This document shows positions 1 through 10,607 of a stretch of 64,000 nt of DNA, piece by piece. The stretch covers positions 288,001-352,000 of the forward strand of contig CAVYRH010000005.1 of assembly GCA_963770835.1 (NCBI GenBank), in the 5' to 3' direction. Under the pieces are notes generated by a model, which did no database searches, was not told the origin of the DNA, and saw only the letters and a list, made by a program, of their open reading frames with translations. Every line of letters begins with the position of its first letter. Positions within the stretch are counted from its first letter, which is position 1. This DNA comes from an uncultured Pseudomonadota bacterium. GTDB taxonomy: Bacteria; Oederibacteriota; Muellerivitia; Muellerivitales; Muellerivitaceae. Made by a program: the position numbers and the translations under genes.

Positions 1-275
1 TTCCGCAAGCCGCGACTTCGAGTACCTTCAATTCAGCGAGAGGGACTTTTGCCAATCCAAGGGCCTCGCCTTGGCGGGCCGGGCTTAAGCGCTTTTCCTC
101 CATTTCTAAAATTCTCTCCCATCCGGCAAGGTTAACGCTCCGTTAAGGGTGGATTTTCCAGAAAATCCACTCATCCTCCCTTTGATTTTCCGGCCAAGAG
201 TTCCTTGAAATTTTCCAAACAAGTCTGTATAACCCCTTCATCCAAATACCGAACATCGCCTTTCCTCGCCACCCT

Positions 276-3200
276 TTGAAATTGGGGGATTCAAAGTTGT
301 CTACGAAGCCTCAATATCGATTTTCCTTAGCGCGGTTTTTCCTGCCCTTCGCATTTGGCCTTTTTGCCACCTCTCTTCACGCCCAAAGCGCCTCGGTGAC
401 CGCCTCCACGGCAATAGGGGATGACAGCACCGGTTCCTTAGGCGCGGCCATTACGGCCCTGGACGCCACTTCCAGCGGCGGCAACATTCAAATCACCTTC
501 CCCAACAACAGTTCCATTTCCTTACTCCAATTCATCGGCAACGGCACCCAGCCCATCACAATGATCAGCCCCAACGGGGGCGTTAGCTTTGGGCTCATCG
601 GTAACAATGCCAATAACGGGTCCACGAACTACAATTTCACCCAGCTCACCCTGGGCCTCAACGTGGGTTTTAACCTGACGAACTCCGGCCCCACCACCGT
701 TTCAACGGACACCAATGACAGCGCGGGCTTCAACATCACTTCATTGACCCTGAATTCGGGCTCCCAATTAAGCGTTACCTTCGGCCCCGGGCAAATCGGC
801 ACTTCCGACGCCAACGGCGCGGTGGGCGGGAACGCTTATGTCACTGTGGGAGGCGCTACTTCCCTCAATGGCGGCACCTTACAACTGCTGGGCGGTACGG
901 GCGGGCAGGGTGGAGTTAACGGTGGGTCCGGCAGCACGGGCGGAGCGGTCAGCCTAAGCCTGGGACCTCTCAGCGGCAGCGGAACCCTGAATCTCCAGGG
1001 CGGTACGGGCGGCCAGGGTAATTCGGGCGGCGGCTACGCCAACGGCGGCGACGGTGGTTCGGTTCTGGCCTTGATGGGGCCGGTCAGCCTTTCCAATTCC
1101 GCCCTCACGGTGGAGGGCGGCACGGCGGGGGCGGCCCAAAATGGCACGATCAGCAACGGGGGCTCGGGCGGAAGCGCCGGCGTCAGCATGCAATCCCTCT
1201 ATCTAAACGACACTTCCACACTGTTTGCCGGCGGGAATGGGGCGGTGGGTGGGGCAGGCGCCCAAGCCCAGAGCGGACAGAACGGCGGCAACGGCGGTTC
1301 GGGCGGGGCCTTAGGTGTGACCCTGGGCGATTTCACCATGACCGGTTCAAGCTATAGCTTGGGGGCCATTGGCGGTAACGGCGGGGCCGGCGGCGCGGGC
1401 GGGAACAGCAATACGACCACCACCAACGGCAACGGCGGGACTGGCGGCACGGGCGGAACCGGGGGCGGCGCCTTGTTCACGGCGGGGGCGGTTTCCATGG
1501 CCGGAACCAACCTGAGCCTGGAAGTCCTGGGCGGAAACGGCAACAGCGGTGGTAACGGGGGATACGCCAATCCCGACGGGTCCGGCGGCAGTGGTGGTAA
1601 CGCGGGCGATGGCGGGAACTCAGTTTTTGATTCCACCAGCCTGTCCCTCGCTGGCGCCTCCGTAACGGTTCAAGGGGGTGCGGGTGGAAATGGCGGGAAC
1701 GGCAGTACCGGCGGTAGTTGGGACATGGGCTCGAGCTACGCTGGCTTTACGGGTGGACAAGGGGGCCAAGGCGGTAACGGGGGCAGTGCGGGCCTGACAA
1801 CAACCTCCTCCCTTTCCCTGAGGTCGGCCGCAACCCTGACGGTTGTGGGCGGAACCGGGGGCAACGCGGGCCAAGGCGGTTCGGCCGGCAATGGGGATTA
1901 TGGCGCGGACGCCGGCGGCACCGGGGCCAATGGCAACGACAGCGGCGACGGGGGCCAGGGCGGCAATGGCGGCAACAGCTCCATCCCCGTGACGTCGATT
2001 TCATCCGGAACGACAACTATCTCGGATACCTCTCCCGGCCAAACCGGCGGCAACGCGAACCTTCAAACCTCCAATCTTTCCATGGGTGTTTCCGACCAAT
2101 TAACCCTGTCCGGCGGCAACGGGGGGGTGGGGGGGACTCCCGTGACCTCGGTTTCGGCGGGGGTCACCACCATCACGGCTAATTCGGGCGGCCCGGGTGG
2201 CGCAGCGGGTTATTATTCCGCCGGCGCCGGGTCCCCGGACACCAGTGGTTATGTCTCCTCCACAGGCGGTAATGGGGGCAACGGCGGATCAGGAGGCGGA
2301 GGCGGCTTGGGGGGCAATGGCGGCAACGGTGGAAACGCCTCCTTGAGCGCGGGGGCCGTTTCCCTAGGTTCCTACGACCTTTTGGCCGTCACCGGCGGCG
2401 CGGGCGGCATGCCCGTGACCACCGTTTCCTCCTCCGGCGGGCAGACGATCGTGACGGTTTATTCCGGCGGCAACGGCGGCGGCGGTAACGGCGGCAGCGT
2501 GGGGGGAACGGGCAGTTATGGCCGTAACGACGGTAACGGGGGCAACGGAGGGGCGGGCGGCACGGGAGGCTTCGGAGGGGATGGTGGGGCGGGCGGCAAT
2601 GCGTCCATGGCCGTTTCCAGCCTGACCCTCGCCGGGGACGGGGACATGGTGGACGTGACCGGCGGGGCGGGCGGCAATGGCGGGACAGCCGGATCGGGCG
2701 CCCAAGGCGGCTTGGGCGGATCGGATAATGGAGGCGTGGCCAGCTACAACCAAAGCGGCACCAATGGTGACGGGGGCTACGGCGGCAACGGCGGGGGCGG
2801 CGGTTTTGGCGGCGCGGGCGGGATCCTAACCCAAAGCATCAACAACTCAGGAGTCACCACGACGAATGTGGTCTCGGGCGGGAACGCGGCCTTGACCGTA
2901 TCCGGAACCCTTTTAATGCAGGGGTCGGGCGACGAGGTGAATGTGGCGGGCGGAGCCGGGGGAACGGGAGGGCTGGCCGGCAATGGAAACCAGGGCGCCA
3001 GCGGCGGCATGGGCGCCTCCAGCGATAACGCCGGTACCAGCGCACCCGGCGGAAACGGCGGCTACGGCGGGTTCGGCGGCTTTGGCGGCAATGGCGGCAA
3101 CGCAGGCGTGAGCCTGGGGATGCTTGACATGGCTGGGACCAATGAAATCTTCAATGTGACCGGAGGGGCGGGCGGAAACGGCGGCTTTGGCGGCGAGGGC

Positions 3201-6200
3201 GGCAACGGCGGCCCCGGAGGACAGGGAGCCGATGGCGGCAGCTGCAGCGGATGCTCGGGTGGCCAGGGCGGCAACAGCGGATACGGTTCAGCCGTCGCTT
3301 ATTTCAACAGCCAATTCAACTTCACCTCGGGTGGTTTTGGGGGCTTTGGTGGAAACGGCGGGAACGCCGGACTGACCGTGGGTTCGCTGTCCATGGGCGT
3401 ATCGGGCGACATCCTCAACGTGGCCGGCGGGGCTGGGGGCGGCGGCGGCTTCGCCGGAGCCGGCGGCAACGCCGTGACGGCCGGCGCGGGGGGCACGGGC
3501 CAAAATGGGGCGCCGGGCGGCAACGGCGCGCCGGGCGGCAATGGAGGAGCAGGCGGCGGGGGTGGAAACGGCGGCGCTGCAACCCTGGTGGCGGGCTTAG
3601 CCACAATGGTTTCGGGCACGGCGGTTTCGGTTACCGGCGGGAATGGAGGCGCGGGAGGCGGCGGCGGGAATGGGGGCAACGGCGGCACGGGCGGCGTGGG
3701 CGCCTCAGGTTCTTCCGGCTTAAACGGCGGTTTCGGCGGCAACGGCGGCGCGGGCAACAACGGCGGCGGAGCCGGCATGGGTGGCGAAGGCGGCATGGGC
3801 GGCAACGCCTCGGTCAGCCTGGGTTCCCTTAATATGGCCTCCAACTCGACCTTTGCGGTTCTGGGCGGAAACGGCGGCTACGGCGGCATCAGCGGTTCGG
3901 GCGGGGAAGGCGGCAACGGCGCCAGCGGCGGCAACGGCGGCGACGGATACCAGATTGTTACCACGGTCATCAGCGACACAGTGGCCATCATCGGCTTTAT
4001 TCCAACTGCGGGCCTATCGGCTGGGATCGTGGACCTGACCCTGGGCATCTACGTTCAGGCTGAGAACCAGGAACAACTTGAGGTCGTCCAGCCACCCCCC
4101 AACAGCGGGCTTCCTGATTACAACCCGGTTTCCCTGCAGGGCGGCAACGGCGGCAATGGCGGCAACGCCTTCTATAACGGAGTCACCTTGAACATGGCCT
4201 CGGGGGACAATTTCACCGTCGCGGGAGGTTACGGCTGGAACGGCAGCAACAACGGTTTCGGGGGTTCGGACGGAGTGACCGGAACCAACGGTTCGAACGG
4301 CAACAACATCGGCGGCGGTTTCGGCGGCGGGGCGGGGCCCGGGGGTGTCGGCGGTTCGTCGGGCGGGGGCGGCACCGCGGGCAGTGGCGGAAACGGCGGC
4401 TATGGCGGCAATGCCTGGGTGACTCTGGGCGCTGTGACCGAACTTGGCAACATGGGGGGCCAATCCACGACCTTCCTCGTGGGAGGCGGCGCGGGCGGCG
4501 TCGGCGGCAGTGGAATCTTCGGCCAGGGCTCGACGATTACGGTGGGCACGGGCGGCAACGGCGGCGCGGGCGGCAATGCGGCGGTTTCCATTAATTCCAT
4601 GGCCCTCGTCGGGGCCCAGGCCTGGGTGACGGGGGGAGCGGGCGGCCAAGGCGGCGCCAGCGTCAGCGAAAGCGGCGGGACCGGCGGATTGGGCGGCAAC
4701 GCGGCCATGACAGTGGGCTCCCTTTTCTCGGAAGCCAGTACGGTAGGTATCCTGGGTGGCGCGGGCGGTACGGCGGGCGCGGACGGCGGAAGCGGCGCGG
4801 CGGGTGGCGCGGCCAGCCTGATGGCGGGCGGCGTGACGCTGGTTTCCGGTTCCACGACCCTGGTGAACGGCACCGTGAACACCTATACCTCCCTTTTGAA
4901 CGTCCAGGGTGGAAAAGGCGGAAGTGTCCTGGCCGGGCAGGGGGGCCTCAGTGGGGCCAACGGCGGGAACGCCTTTGCCCAGATCGGCACCCTGGCGGTG
5001 CAGAATTCCACGGTTACTGTGGCGGGAGGGATGGGGGGCAACGCCGACAACGGCGGCATCAACGGCACGGGAGGCTCGGGCGGCGGGGCCACCCTGGTTT
5101 CCTCTAACCTCAACATCTTGTCGGGCTCCATCCTGGTGGCCGGCGGGGCGGGGGGAACGGGCGGCGGCGCGGGTGCGGGCGGCAATGGCGGCAACGCGAA
5201 TTGGGGCGGTGGCGGCAATGTGACCCTTTCCGGCCCTGTTAGCGTGATGGGCGGCCTAGGCGGCAACGGCGGCCAGGGCAATTCGGGCGCGTCGGGCAGC
5301 GGCGGTGCGGGCGGAAACGGCGGAAGTGTGGCCTTGGACATGCAGAACCTGACCATTGTCTCCGGAAGCCTCCTGAACATCGCCGGGGGCGGAGGCGGCA
5401 CGGACGATTATTCCAGCCAAAATTACGGCGGCGGAGCAGGCAACGGTGGAAGCGGCAGCCTGACTATTACCGGCACCCTGAGCCTCTCCAGCGGCGCCAC
5501 CTTGGACGTCTCGGCCGGCGAAGCGGGCCTGGCCGTGGGCAGCGACCCGGCGGGCACGAACGGCTCGGCCAGTGTTTCCATCGGCAACATCCTGGGCAAC
5601 GGCACCATCGACATCACGGGCCAGGGTCAATCCACCTTCCAGATCGGCGGTTTCGGGGGCTTCGGCGGGACGCTGGAGGGGACGACCCAAATGGACGTCA
5701 ACGGCGCCTACGTGACCTTGACCGGCAACAATACCTATAGCGGCGGCACCAGCATCTCCAACGGGGGAATCCTGACCGTTGCGGACGGTAATTCCTTGGG
5801 CGCGGCTGGGACGACAATCGACTTAAATGTGGGCACCCTGAGGATCGGGTCCGATTCCAATGTCAGCCAGCCCCTGGACATGGTGAACCGGGGTTTCGTG
5901 GACGCCATGGGCAACGCCGTCACCTTGTCCGGCGCCATCAGCGGCCCGGGCGCGCTCTGGCTTTATGGGAATGAGTACAGCGGCATTTATGGAGGCCCGG
6001 GGACCATCGCCCTGACGGGCGACAATACCTTCAGCGGCGGGCTGACAGTGAACATGTACACGACCTTGAACGCGGTCAACGACAATAATTTCGGGGCCGC
6101 TTCCAACCTGTTGGACATGATGGGCCAGTCCACCCTGCAGGCCGGGGCAAATTTCGATGTAAACCACGTGATTTCTCTCGACGAGGGCAGCGCCAGCCTG

Positions 6201-8534
6201 GACACCCAAAATTACGGCGTCACCTTGAGCGGGGCGGTGAGCACGGACAGCCCCAGCTATTACGGCACCCTCTATAAGAACGGCACCGGCACCCTCTACC
6301 TGCGGGGGAGCACCGGGCCCCTGGTCGGCTACCAGGTCAACGGGGGCTTCCTGAATATCCTCAACGATTCGGCCCTGGGAGTGAGCGAGCTGGCCGTCAA
6401 CCTCAACGGCGGCGGACTGCAATACGGCGACAGCACCTCTTCCAGCGTGACGGTCTATTTGAACCCCGGCAGCTCCGATTTCCTGGACACACAGGCCTAC
6501 AGCGTCACCTTGAACGGCCAGATCACCATCGATGTGACCGGCTCCACCGAAGCCTTGAGCAAGATGGGGTCCGGCACCCTTCTCTTGAACGGGCAGGCCA
6601 ACTTCACCGGCCCCTTGAGCATCCTGGCGGGGACCCTGCAACAGGGTTCGGTGACGGCGTTGGGAAATGCCTATGACCTGTTCGTCAATACGGGAGCGGT
6701 CTTTGACTTGAACCACTTCAACGGGACCCTCGGTTCATTGAGCGGAGGCGGTGCGGTTTCCATGGAAACGGCTGGCCTGGCCTTGGGGGATTTCAACTCG
6801 ACCACCTTCGGCGGGGTGATTTCGGGCACCGGCGGGCTGACCAAGCAGGGGACGGGCACCGAGGTTTTGGACGGAATCAACACCTACACGGGTGGAACGA
6901 CGGTATTGGCGGGCAACTTGGAGGTGGGGGATGTCAATGACCCCGGCGCGGTGATCGCGGGCGGGGTGACTGTGGCCGCAAACGGCACCCTTTCCGGCCA
7001 TGGAACCGTCCTTGGCGCCGTCAATAATAACGGGACCGTGTCGCCGGGAGGTACGGTGGGTGTGCTGACGGTGGGCAATTACAACCAGACAGCCAACGGA
7101 AGGCTGGACATGGAAATCTCACCTAGCCAAGGAAGCCTCCTCGACGTGACAGGGACCGCCCATTTGGGCGGGGCCCTGACCGTGACCGCCGACCCCGGTG
7201 GTTTTGGCGTCCGGGACAGCTATGTGCTGCTCACTTCCGGATCGTCCCTGCTTGGAACCTTCTCCTCATTCGGCGACAATCTTTCCGGAATGACGCCCAC
7301 GCTCTCCTACGGGACCGATGCGGTGACGCTGACCCTGACCCGGCTGAACGCCTTTTCGCCTTATGTCCAGACGCCAAACCAGGGATTGGTGGCCGATGCG
7401 CTCAACCAGAACATCCCCACGGCCCAGGGGGAGCTTTTGGCAAAGATGGGTGAGATAGTCAACCTTCCCTCGGGGCAATCACAGGTTTTAAATGAACTTC
7501 AAGGGCAGATTTACACGGCGCTGCCCAACGTGATGCTCAACAACTTGCAGTTCGAGGACAACCTATTGTTCTCGAGACTAGACGGCTCGGTGGGCCCGTC
7601 GATGAACCCAGCGCAAGCCGCCATGGTGGGAAGCATCCTGTCCGGAGACGCGAACCAGATGGGGCAGGCCGCCAACGCGGCTCCCCTGGCCTCGGTCAAG
7701 GCCCAGGGCCTTTGGATCCAGAACACCGACAACTTCGGGTCGGTGGCGGGGAACAGTGAAGTGACGGGCTTCAATCAGTCCGATTATGGCTTCCTGGGCG
7801 GCTATGACACCGAACTCCTGCCGGGCCTCACCGGCGGGCTGATGGGAGGATATGTCCACACCAACGTAACGGCCCAGGATGGCAGCGGCCAGACGGGGGT
7901 GGACGGAGTCCAATTCGGGGTCTATGGAAACCAAACTTTGGATAAGTTCGACATTCGTTTAGTGGCGGGGTATGGGACAAACCACTTCACCACGAACCGC
8001 ACCATTTCCATCGGCAGCGACCTAAACCTGGTTCAAGGAACCACCGACGGCAGCCAGATCATGGCGGCCCTGCAGGGGGATTACCGGATGGAGGTTTCAG
8101 GGGTTTCGGTGAAACCCCTCGTGGGAATGGAATACGCCCATCTCGGCGAGAACGCCTTTACGGAGACAGGTTCCAGCGGCTTGAACCTGGCCATGCCCAG
8201 CCAGTCCTACGATTCCTTGAGGCCCTATATCGGCGTGAACGGGGCCAAGGCCTATGGCTTGGGCGGGGACATGAAATTGACGCCGATGGTGAACCTCTCC
8301 GCCAGTGAGGAATTGATAAACAACGCAGGGCAGTTCCAGGCGGCCTTGGGCGGCGCGCCCGGAAACAGCTTCACGGTGACGGGAATCACACCTTCGGCCA
8401 CCCTTTTCGGAGTCGGAGCGGGCCTGGACCTAGCCTTCGGCGCCCCAGTCAATCTTTTTGCCTCTTATAAAGGATATTTCAGCGGGACAGAATCCCTGAA
8501 TACCTTCAGCGGTGGATTAAGCCTAAGTTTCTAA
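276..8534 (+). CDS. Giant autotransporter (type Va) with Gly-rich PGRS-like passenger, passenger-associated repeats and C-terminal beta-barrel
   Basis: 2752-aa ORF with N-terminal signal peptide, long GGxGGxGG tracts, repeats such as LTGNNTYSGGT and LTKQGTGTEVLDGINTYTGGTTV, and a C-terminal barrel-like region ending in Phe (GLSLSF). True start may be slightly downstream. Confidence 0.85.
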   Translation: MKLGDSKLSTKPQYRFSLARFFLPFAFGLFATSLHAQSASVTASTAIGDDSTGSLGAAITALDATSSGGNIQITFPNNSSISLLQFIGNGTQPITMISPNGGVSFGLIGNNANNGSTNYNFTQLTLGLNVGFNLTNSGPTTVSTDTNDSAGFNITSLTLNSGSQLSVTFGPGQIGTSDANGAVGGNAYVTVGGATSLNGGTLQLLGGTGGQGGVNGGSGSTGGAVSLSLGPLSGSGTLNLQGGTGGQGNSGGGYANGGDGGSVLALMGPVSLSNSALTVEGGTAGAAQNGTISNGGSGGSAGVSMQSLYLNDTSTLFAGGNGAVGGAGAQAQSGQNGGNGGSGGALGVTLGDFTMTGSSYSLGAIGGNGGAGGAGGNSNTTTTNGNGGTGGTGGTGGGALFTAGAVSMAGTNLSLEVLGGNGNSGGNGGYANPDGSGGSGGNAGDGGNSVFDSTSLSLAGASVTVQGGAGGNGGNGSTGGSWDMGSSYAGFTGGQGGQGGNGGSAGLTTTSSLSLRSAATLTVVGGTGGNAGQGGSAGNGDYGADAGGTGANGNDSGDGGQGGNGGNSSIPVTSISSGTTTISDTSPGQTGGNANLQTSNLSMGVSDQLTLSGGNGGVGGTPVTSVSAGVTTITANSGGPGGAAGYYSAGAGSPDTSGYVSSTGGNGGNGGSGGGGGLGGNGGNGGNASLSAGAVSLGSYDLLAVTGGAGGMPVTTVSSSGGQTIVTVYSGGNGGGGNGGSVGGTGSYGRNDGNGGNGGAGGTGGFGGDGGAGGNASMAVSSLTLAGDGDMVDVTGGAGGNGGTAGSGAQGGLGGSDNGGVASYNQSGTNGDGGYGGNGGGGGFGGAGGILTQSINNSGVTTTNVVSGGNAALTVSGTLLMQGSGDEVNVAGGAGGTGGLAGNGNQGASGGMGASSDNAGTSAPGGNGGYGGFGGFGGNGGNAGVSLGMLDMAGTNEIFNVTGGAGGNGGFGGEGGNGGPGGQGADGGSCSGCSGGQGGNSGYGSAVAYFNSQFNFTSGGFGGFGGNGGNAGLTVGSLSMGVSGDILNVAGGAGGGGGFAGAGGNAVTAGAGGTGQNGAPGGNGAPGGNGGAGGGGGNGGAATLVAGLATMVSGTAVSVTGGNGGAGGGGGNGGNGGTGGVGASGSSGLNGGFGGNGGAGNNGGGAGMGGEGGMGGNASVSLGSLNMASNSTFAVLGGNGGYGGISGSGGEGGNGASGGNGGDGYQIVTTVISDTVAIIGFIPTAGLSAGIVDLTLGIYVQAENQEQLEVVQPPPNSGLPDYNPVSLQGGNGGNGGNAFYNGVTLNMASGDNFTVAGGYGWNGSNNGFGGSDGVTGTNGSNGNNIGGGFGGGAGPGGVGGSSGGGGTAGSGGNGGYGGNAWVTLGAVTELGNMGGQSTTFLVGGGAGGVGGSGIFGQGSTITVGTGGNGGAGGNAAVSINSMALVGAQAWVTGGAGGQGGASVSESGGTGGLGGNAAMTVGSLFSEASTVGILGGAGGTAGADGGSGAAGGAASLMAGGVTLVSGSTTLVNGTVNTYTSLLNVQGGKGGSVLAGQGGLSGANGGNAFAQIGTLAVQNSTVTVAGGMGGNADNGGINGTGGSGGGATLVSSNLNILSGSILVAGGAGGTGGGAGAGGNGGNANWGGGGNVTLSGPVSVMGGLGGNGGQGNSGASGSGGAGGNGGSVALDMQNLTIVSGSLLNIAGGGGGTDDYSSQNYGGGAGNGGSGSLTITGTLSLSSGATLDVSAGEAGLAVGSDPAGTNGSASVSIGNILGNGTIDITGQGQSTFQIGGFGGFGGTLEGTTQMDVNGAYVTLTGNNTYSGGTSISNGGILTVADGNSLGAAGTTIDLNVGTLRIGSDSNVSQPLDMVNRGFVDAMGNAVTLSGAISGPGALWLYGNEYSGIYGGPGTIALTGDNTFSGGLTVNMYTTLNAVNDNNFGAASNLLDMMGQSTLQAGANFDVNHVISLDEGSASLDTQNYGVTLSGAVSTDSPSYYGTLYKNGTGTLYLRGSTGPLVGYQVNGGFLNILNDSALGVSELAVNLNGGGLQYGDSTSSSVTVYLNPGSSDFLDTQAYSVTLNGQITIDVTGSTEALSKMGSGTLLLNGQANFTGPLSILAGTLQQGSVTALGNAYDLFVNTGAVFDLNHFNGTLGSLSGGGAVSMETAGLALGDFNSTTFGGVISGTGGLTKQGTGTEVLDGINTYTGGTTVLAGNLEVGDVNDPGAVIAGGVTVAANGTLSGHGTVLGAVNNNGTVSPGGTVGVLTVGNYNQTANGRLDMEISPSQGSLLDVTGTAHLGGALTVTADPGGFGVRDSYVLLTSGSSLLGTFSSFGDNLSGMTPTLSYGTDAVTLTLTRLNAFSPYVQTPNQGLVADALNQNIPTAQGELLAKMGEIVNLPSGQSQVLNELQGQIYTALPNVMLNNLQFEDNLLFSRLDGSVGPSMNPAQAAMVGSILSGDANQMGQAANAAPLASVKAQGLWIQNTDNFGSVAGNSEVTGFNQSDYGFLGGYDTELLPGLTGGLMGGYVHTNVTAQDGSGQTGVDGVQFGVYGNQTLDKFDIRLVAGYGTNHFTTNRTISIGSDLNLVQGTTDGSQIMAALQGDYRMEVSGVSVKPLVGMEYAHLGENAFTETGSSGLNLAMPSQSYDSLRPYIGVNGAKAYGLGGDMKLTPMVNLSASEELINNAGQFQAALGGAPGNSFTVTGITPSATLFGVGAGLDLAFGAPVNLFASYKGYFSGTESLNTFSGGLSLSF

Positions 8535-8538
8535 GTCC

Positions 8539-9105
8539 TTATTTTCCAGCCAAGTCTTGGACCGAGGAATCGATCTGCTCGGGAGTCACCTTGGAGTCGA
8601 ATCTCTGGACCGCCTTCCCATCCTTGCCGATTAGGAACTTTGTGAAATTCCAGCCGATGTCGGACTTGCTGCCGGTACCGGGCTGGGCCCCCTTCAGGAA
8701 TTTGTAAAGCGGGTCGGCGTTATCGCCGTTGACCTCGATCTTAGCGAAAAGCGGGAAAGTGACGCTGTACTTGGTGGAACAGAAGGTCTTGATCTCCTCC
8801 GCTGTGCCGGGCTCCTGGGCCCCGAATTGGTTGCAGGGAAAGCCCAAAATCACGAATCCCTTGTCCTTGTACTTCTCATAAAGCTTCTCCAAACCTGCGT
8901 ATTGCGGGGTAAATCCGCAATGGCTGGCCACGTTGACGATGAGAAGCGTTTTGCCCTTGTAATGGTCCAGGGTGACCGGCTTCCCGTCGATGGTGCTCTC
9001 CTTGAACTGATAAACCGTGTCTTGCGTCATGTTGTCCCCCCAAACCCAAGAATGGACCACCCCAACCGCCAAAACTGCCGCCAACGTCAAAACGAGCTTT
9101 TTCAT
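8539..9105 (-). CDS. Glutathione peroxidase family protein (Cys type) with signal peptide
   Basis: Motifs VNVASHCGFTPQY, LGFPCNQFGAQEPG, WNFTKFLI. Start set at MKKLVL, which follows a GGAGG RBS. Confidence 0.92.
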   Translation of the reverse strand: MKKLVLTLAAVLAVGVVHSWVWGDNMTQDTVYQFKESTIDGKPVTLDHYKGKTLLIVNVASHCGFTPQYAGLEKLYEKYKDKGFVILGFPCNQFGAQEPGTAEEIKTFCSTKYSVTFPLFAKIEVNGDNADPLYKFLKGAQPGTGSKSDIGWNFTKFLIGKDGKAVQRFDSKVTPEQIDSSVQDLAGK

Positions 9106-9175
9106 GAAGACCTCCCGATGAATTGAATATAGTCTTGAATAACGAGAGGGTGAAATCAAGGTTACAAGAACTTTT

Positions 9176-10363
9176 TCAAACCACCTGTCCGGCTGCCCAC
9201 CCTGAAGACCAGGCCCATTGGAAGTTGTAGCCGCCTAATTGGCCGGTGACGTCCACGACCTCACCAATGAAGTAAAGTCCCGGAATCTTCTTGCATTCCA
9301 TGGTTTTGGAGGAAAGTTCGTCCGTATCCACCCCGCCCCGGGTCACCTCCGCTTTGGAGTAACCCATGGTGGAAGCGGGGGTTAAAGTAAAGCTTTGAAG
9401 GAGGCGGCTAAAGTCGCTGATCTTCTTGCCGGATAACTGAAGAAGGTTGGCGTGGGGCGGAAGTTCCAGTTCACAAAGCCTTTCGGCCAGCCGTTGGGGA
9501 AGGAGATCGCCTAAGAGGGTTTTCACCTCGGATTTGACCCCTTTCTCCTTTTTCTTCAAGAACCACTCTTCCAGGCTCCCGGGCTCAAAGGACGGCAGGA
9601 AATTGATCTCAACCGGGTCGTCGGTCTCCCAATAAAGGGAAGCCTGGAGTGCGGCCGGGCCGCTCAAGCCCGCGTGGGTGAAAAGCACGTTCTCCGGGAA
9701 AGACGCCTTGTTGCAGCTGACCAGGGCATCGACCGATACCCCGGTGAGGTCCCCGAAGCGCTTTAAATCCTCCTGGTTGAACCGGAACCCGTCCAGGGCC
9801 GGGGATGGGTAGACGACCTTGAGGGCGAATTGATGGGCGATGCGGTAACCAAAATCCGTGGCGCCGACCTTGGGGATGGAAAGGCCGCCCGTGGCGATGA
9901 CAAGGGAATCACAGGAAAAATCCCTTTGATCCGTTTTGATCTCAAACCCCCCGGGCTTCTGCACTTTCTCGCACTTGTGATTCATGAAAAAATGGACACC
10001 GGCTTTTTCGCACTCTGAAACCAGCATTTCGACGATGTCCTTCGCCGAATGGTCACAAAAAAGCTGACCAAGTTTCTTTTCGTGGAAGGGGATTTGGTGT
10101 TCCTTAACGAGATTTATAAAATCCGTGGGGGTGAAGCGGGACAAGGCGGATTTGCAGAAGTGGGGGTTTTGGGAGACATAGTTTTCCGGCCCTGCGCCCG
10201 TATTGGTGAAGTTGCACCGGCCCCCGCCGGAAATGAGGATTTTCGCCCCCACTTTATCGGCGTGGTCAAGGAGAGCCACCTTTCGGCCCCTTTTGCCCGC
10301 TTCCCGGGCGCACATTAGGCCCGCGCCGCCCGCGCCGATGACCACCACATCGAAGGTTTCCAT
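9176..10363 (-). CDS. HI0933/BaiN-family NAD(P)/FAD-dependent oxidoreductase
   Basis: GAGGAG dinucleotide motif, KILISGGGRCNFTN, AEVTRGGV, GEVVDVTGQLGGYNFQWAWSSG. Confidence 0.93.
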   Translation of the reverse strand: METFDVVVIGAGGAGLMCAREAGKRGRKVALLDHADKVGAKILISGGGRCNFTNTGAGPENYVSQNPHFCKSALSRFTPTDFINLVKEHQIPFHEKKLGQLFCDHSAKDIVEMLVSECEKAGVHFFMNHKCEKVQKPGGFEIKTDQRDFSCDSLVIATGGLSIPKVGATDFGYRIAHQFALKVVYPSPALDGFRFNQEDLKRFGDLTGVSVDALVSCNKASFPENVLFTHAGLSGPAALQASLYWETDDPVEINFLPSFEPGSLEEWFLKKKEKGVKSEVKTLLGDLLPQRLAERLCELELPPHANLLQLSGKKISDFSRLLQSFTLTPASTMGYSKAEVTRGGVDTDELSSKTMECKKIPGLYFIGEVVDVTGQLGGYNFQWAWSSGWAAGQVV

Positions 10364-10607
10364 GGGCCTATCCTATGCAAAACTCCATTTGAATCCATCG
10401 AAACAAGAGGTAGGGCGTCGTGCCTTTCTTCGGTATCCTGTGTTTTCCCGGGAATTGAAAAATTTACCAAGAGAAGTATTGCAAACCCCGGAAACTAGGT
10501 GACAATGTTGCCACGCCCGCTGGTTTTGAAGAACCGAATATCCGAGGGCGGGCGAGGTTGGCCATGAGGTGCAGGGGTTTTCGGACGATTGATTCCAGGG
10601 GCCATTT

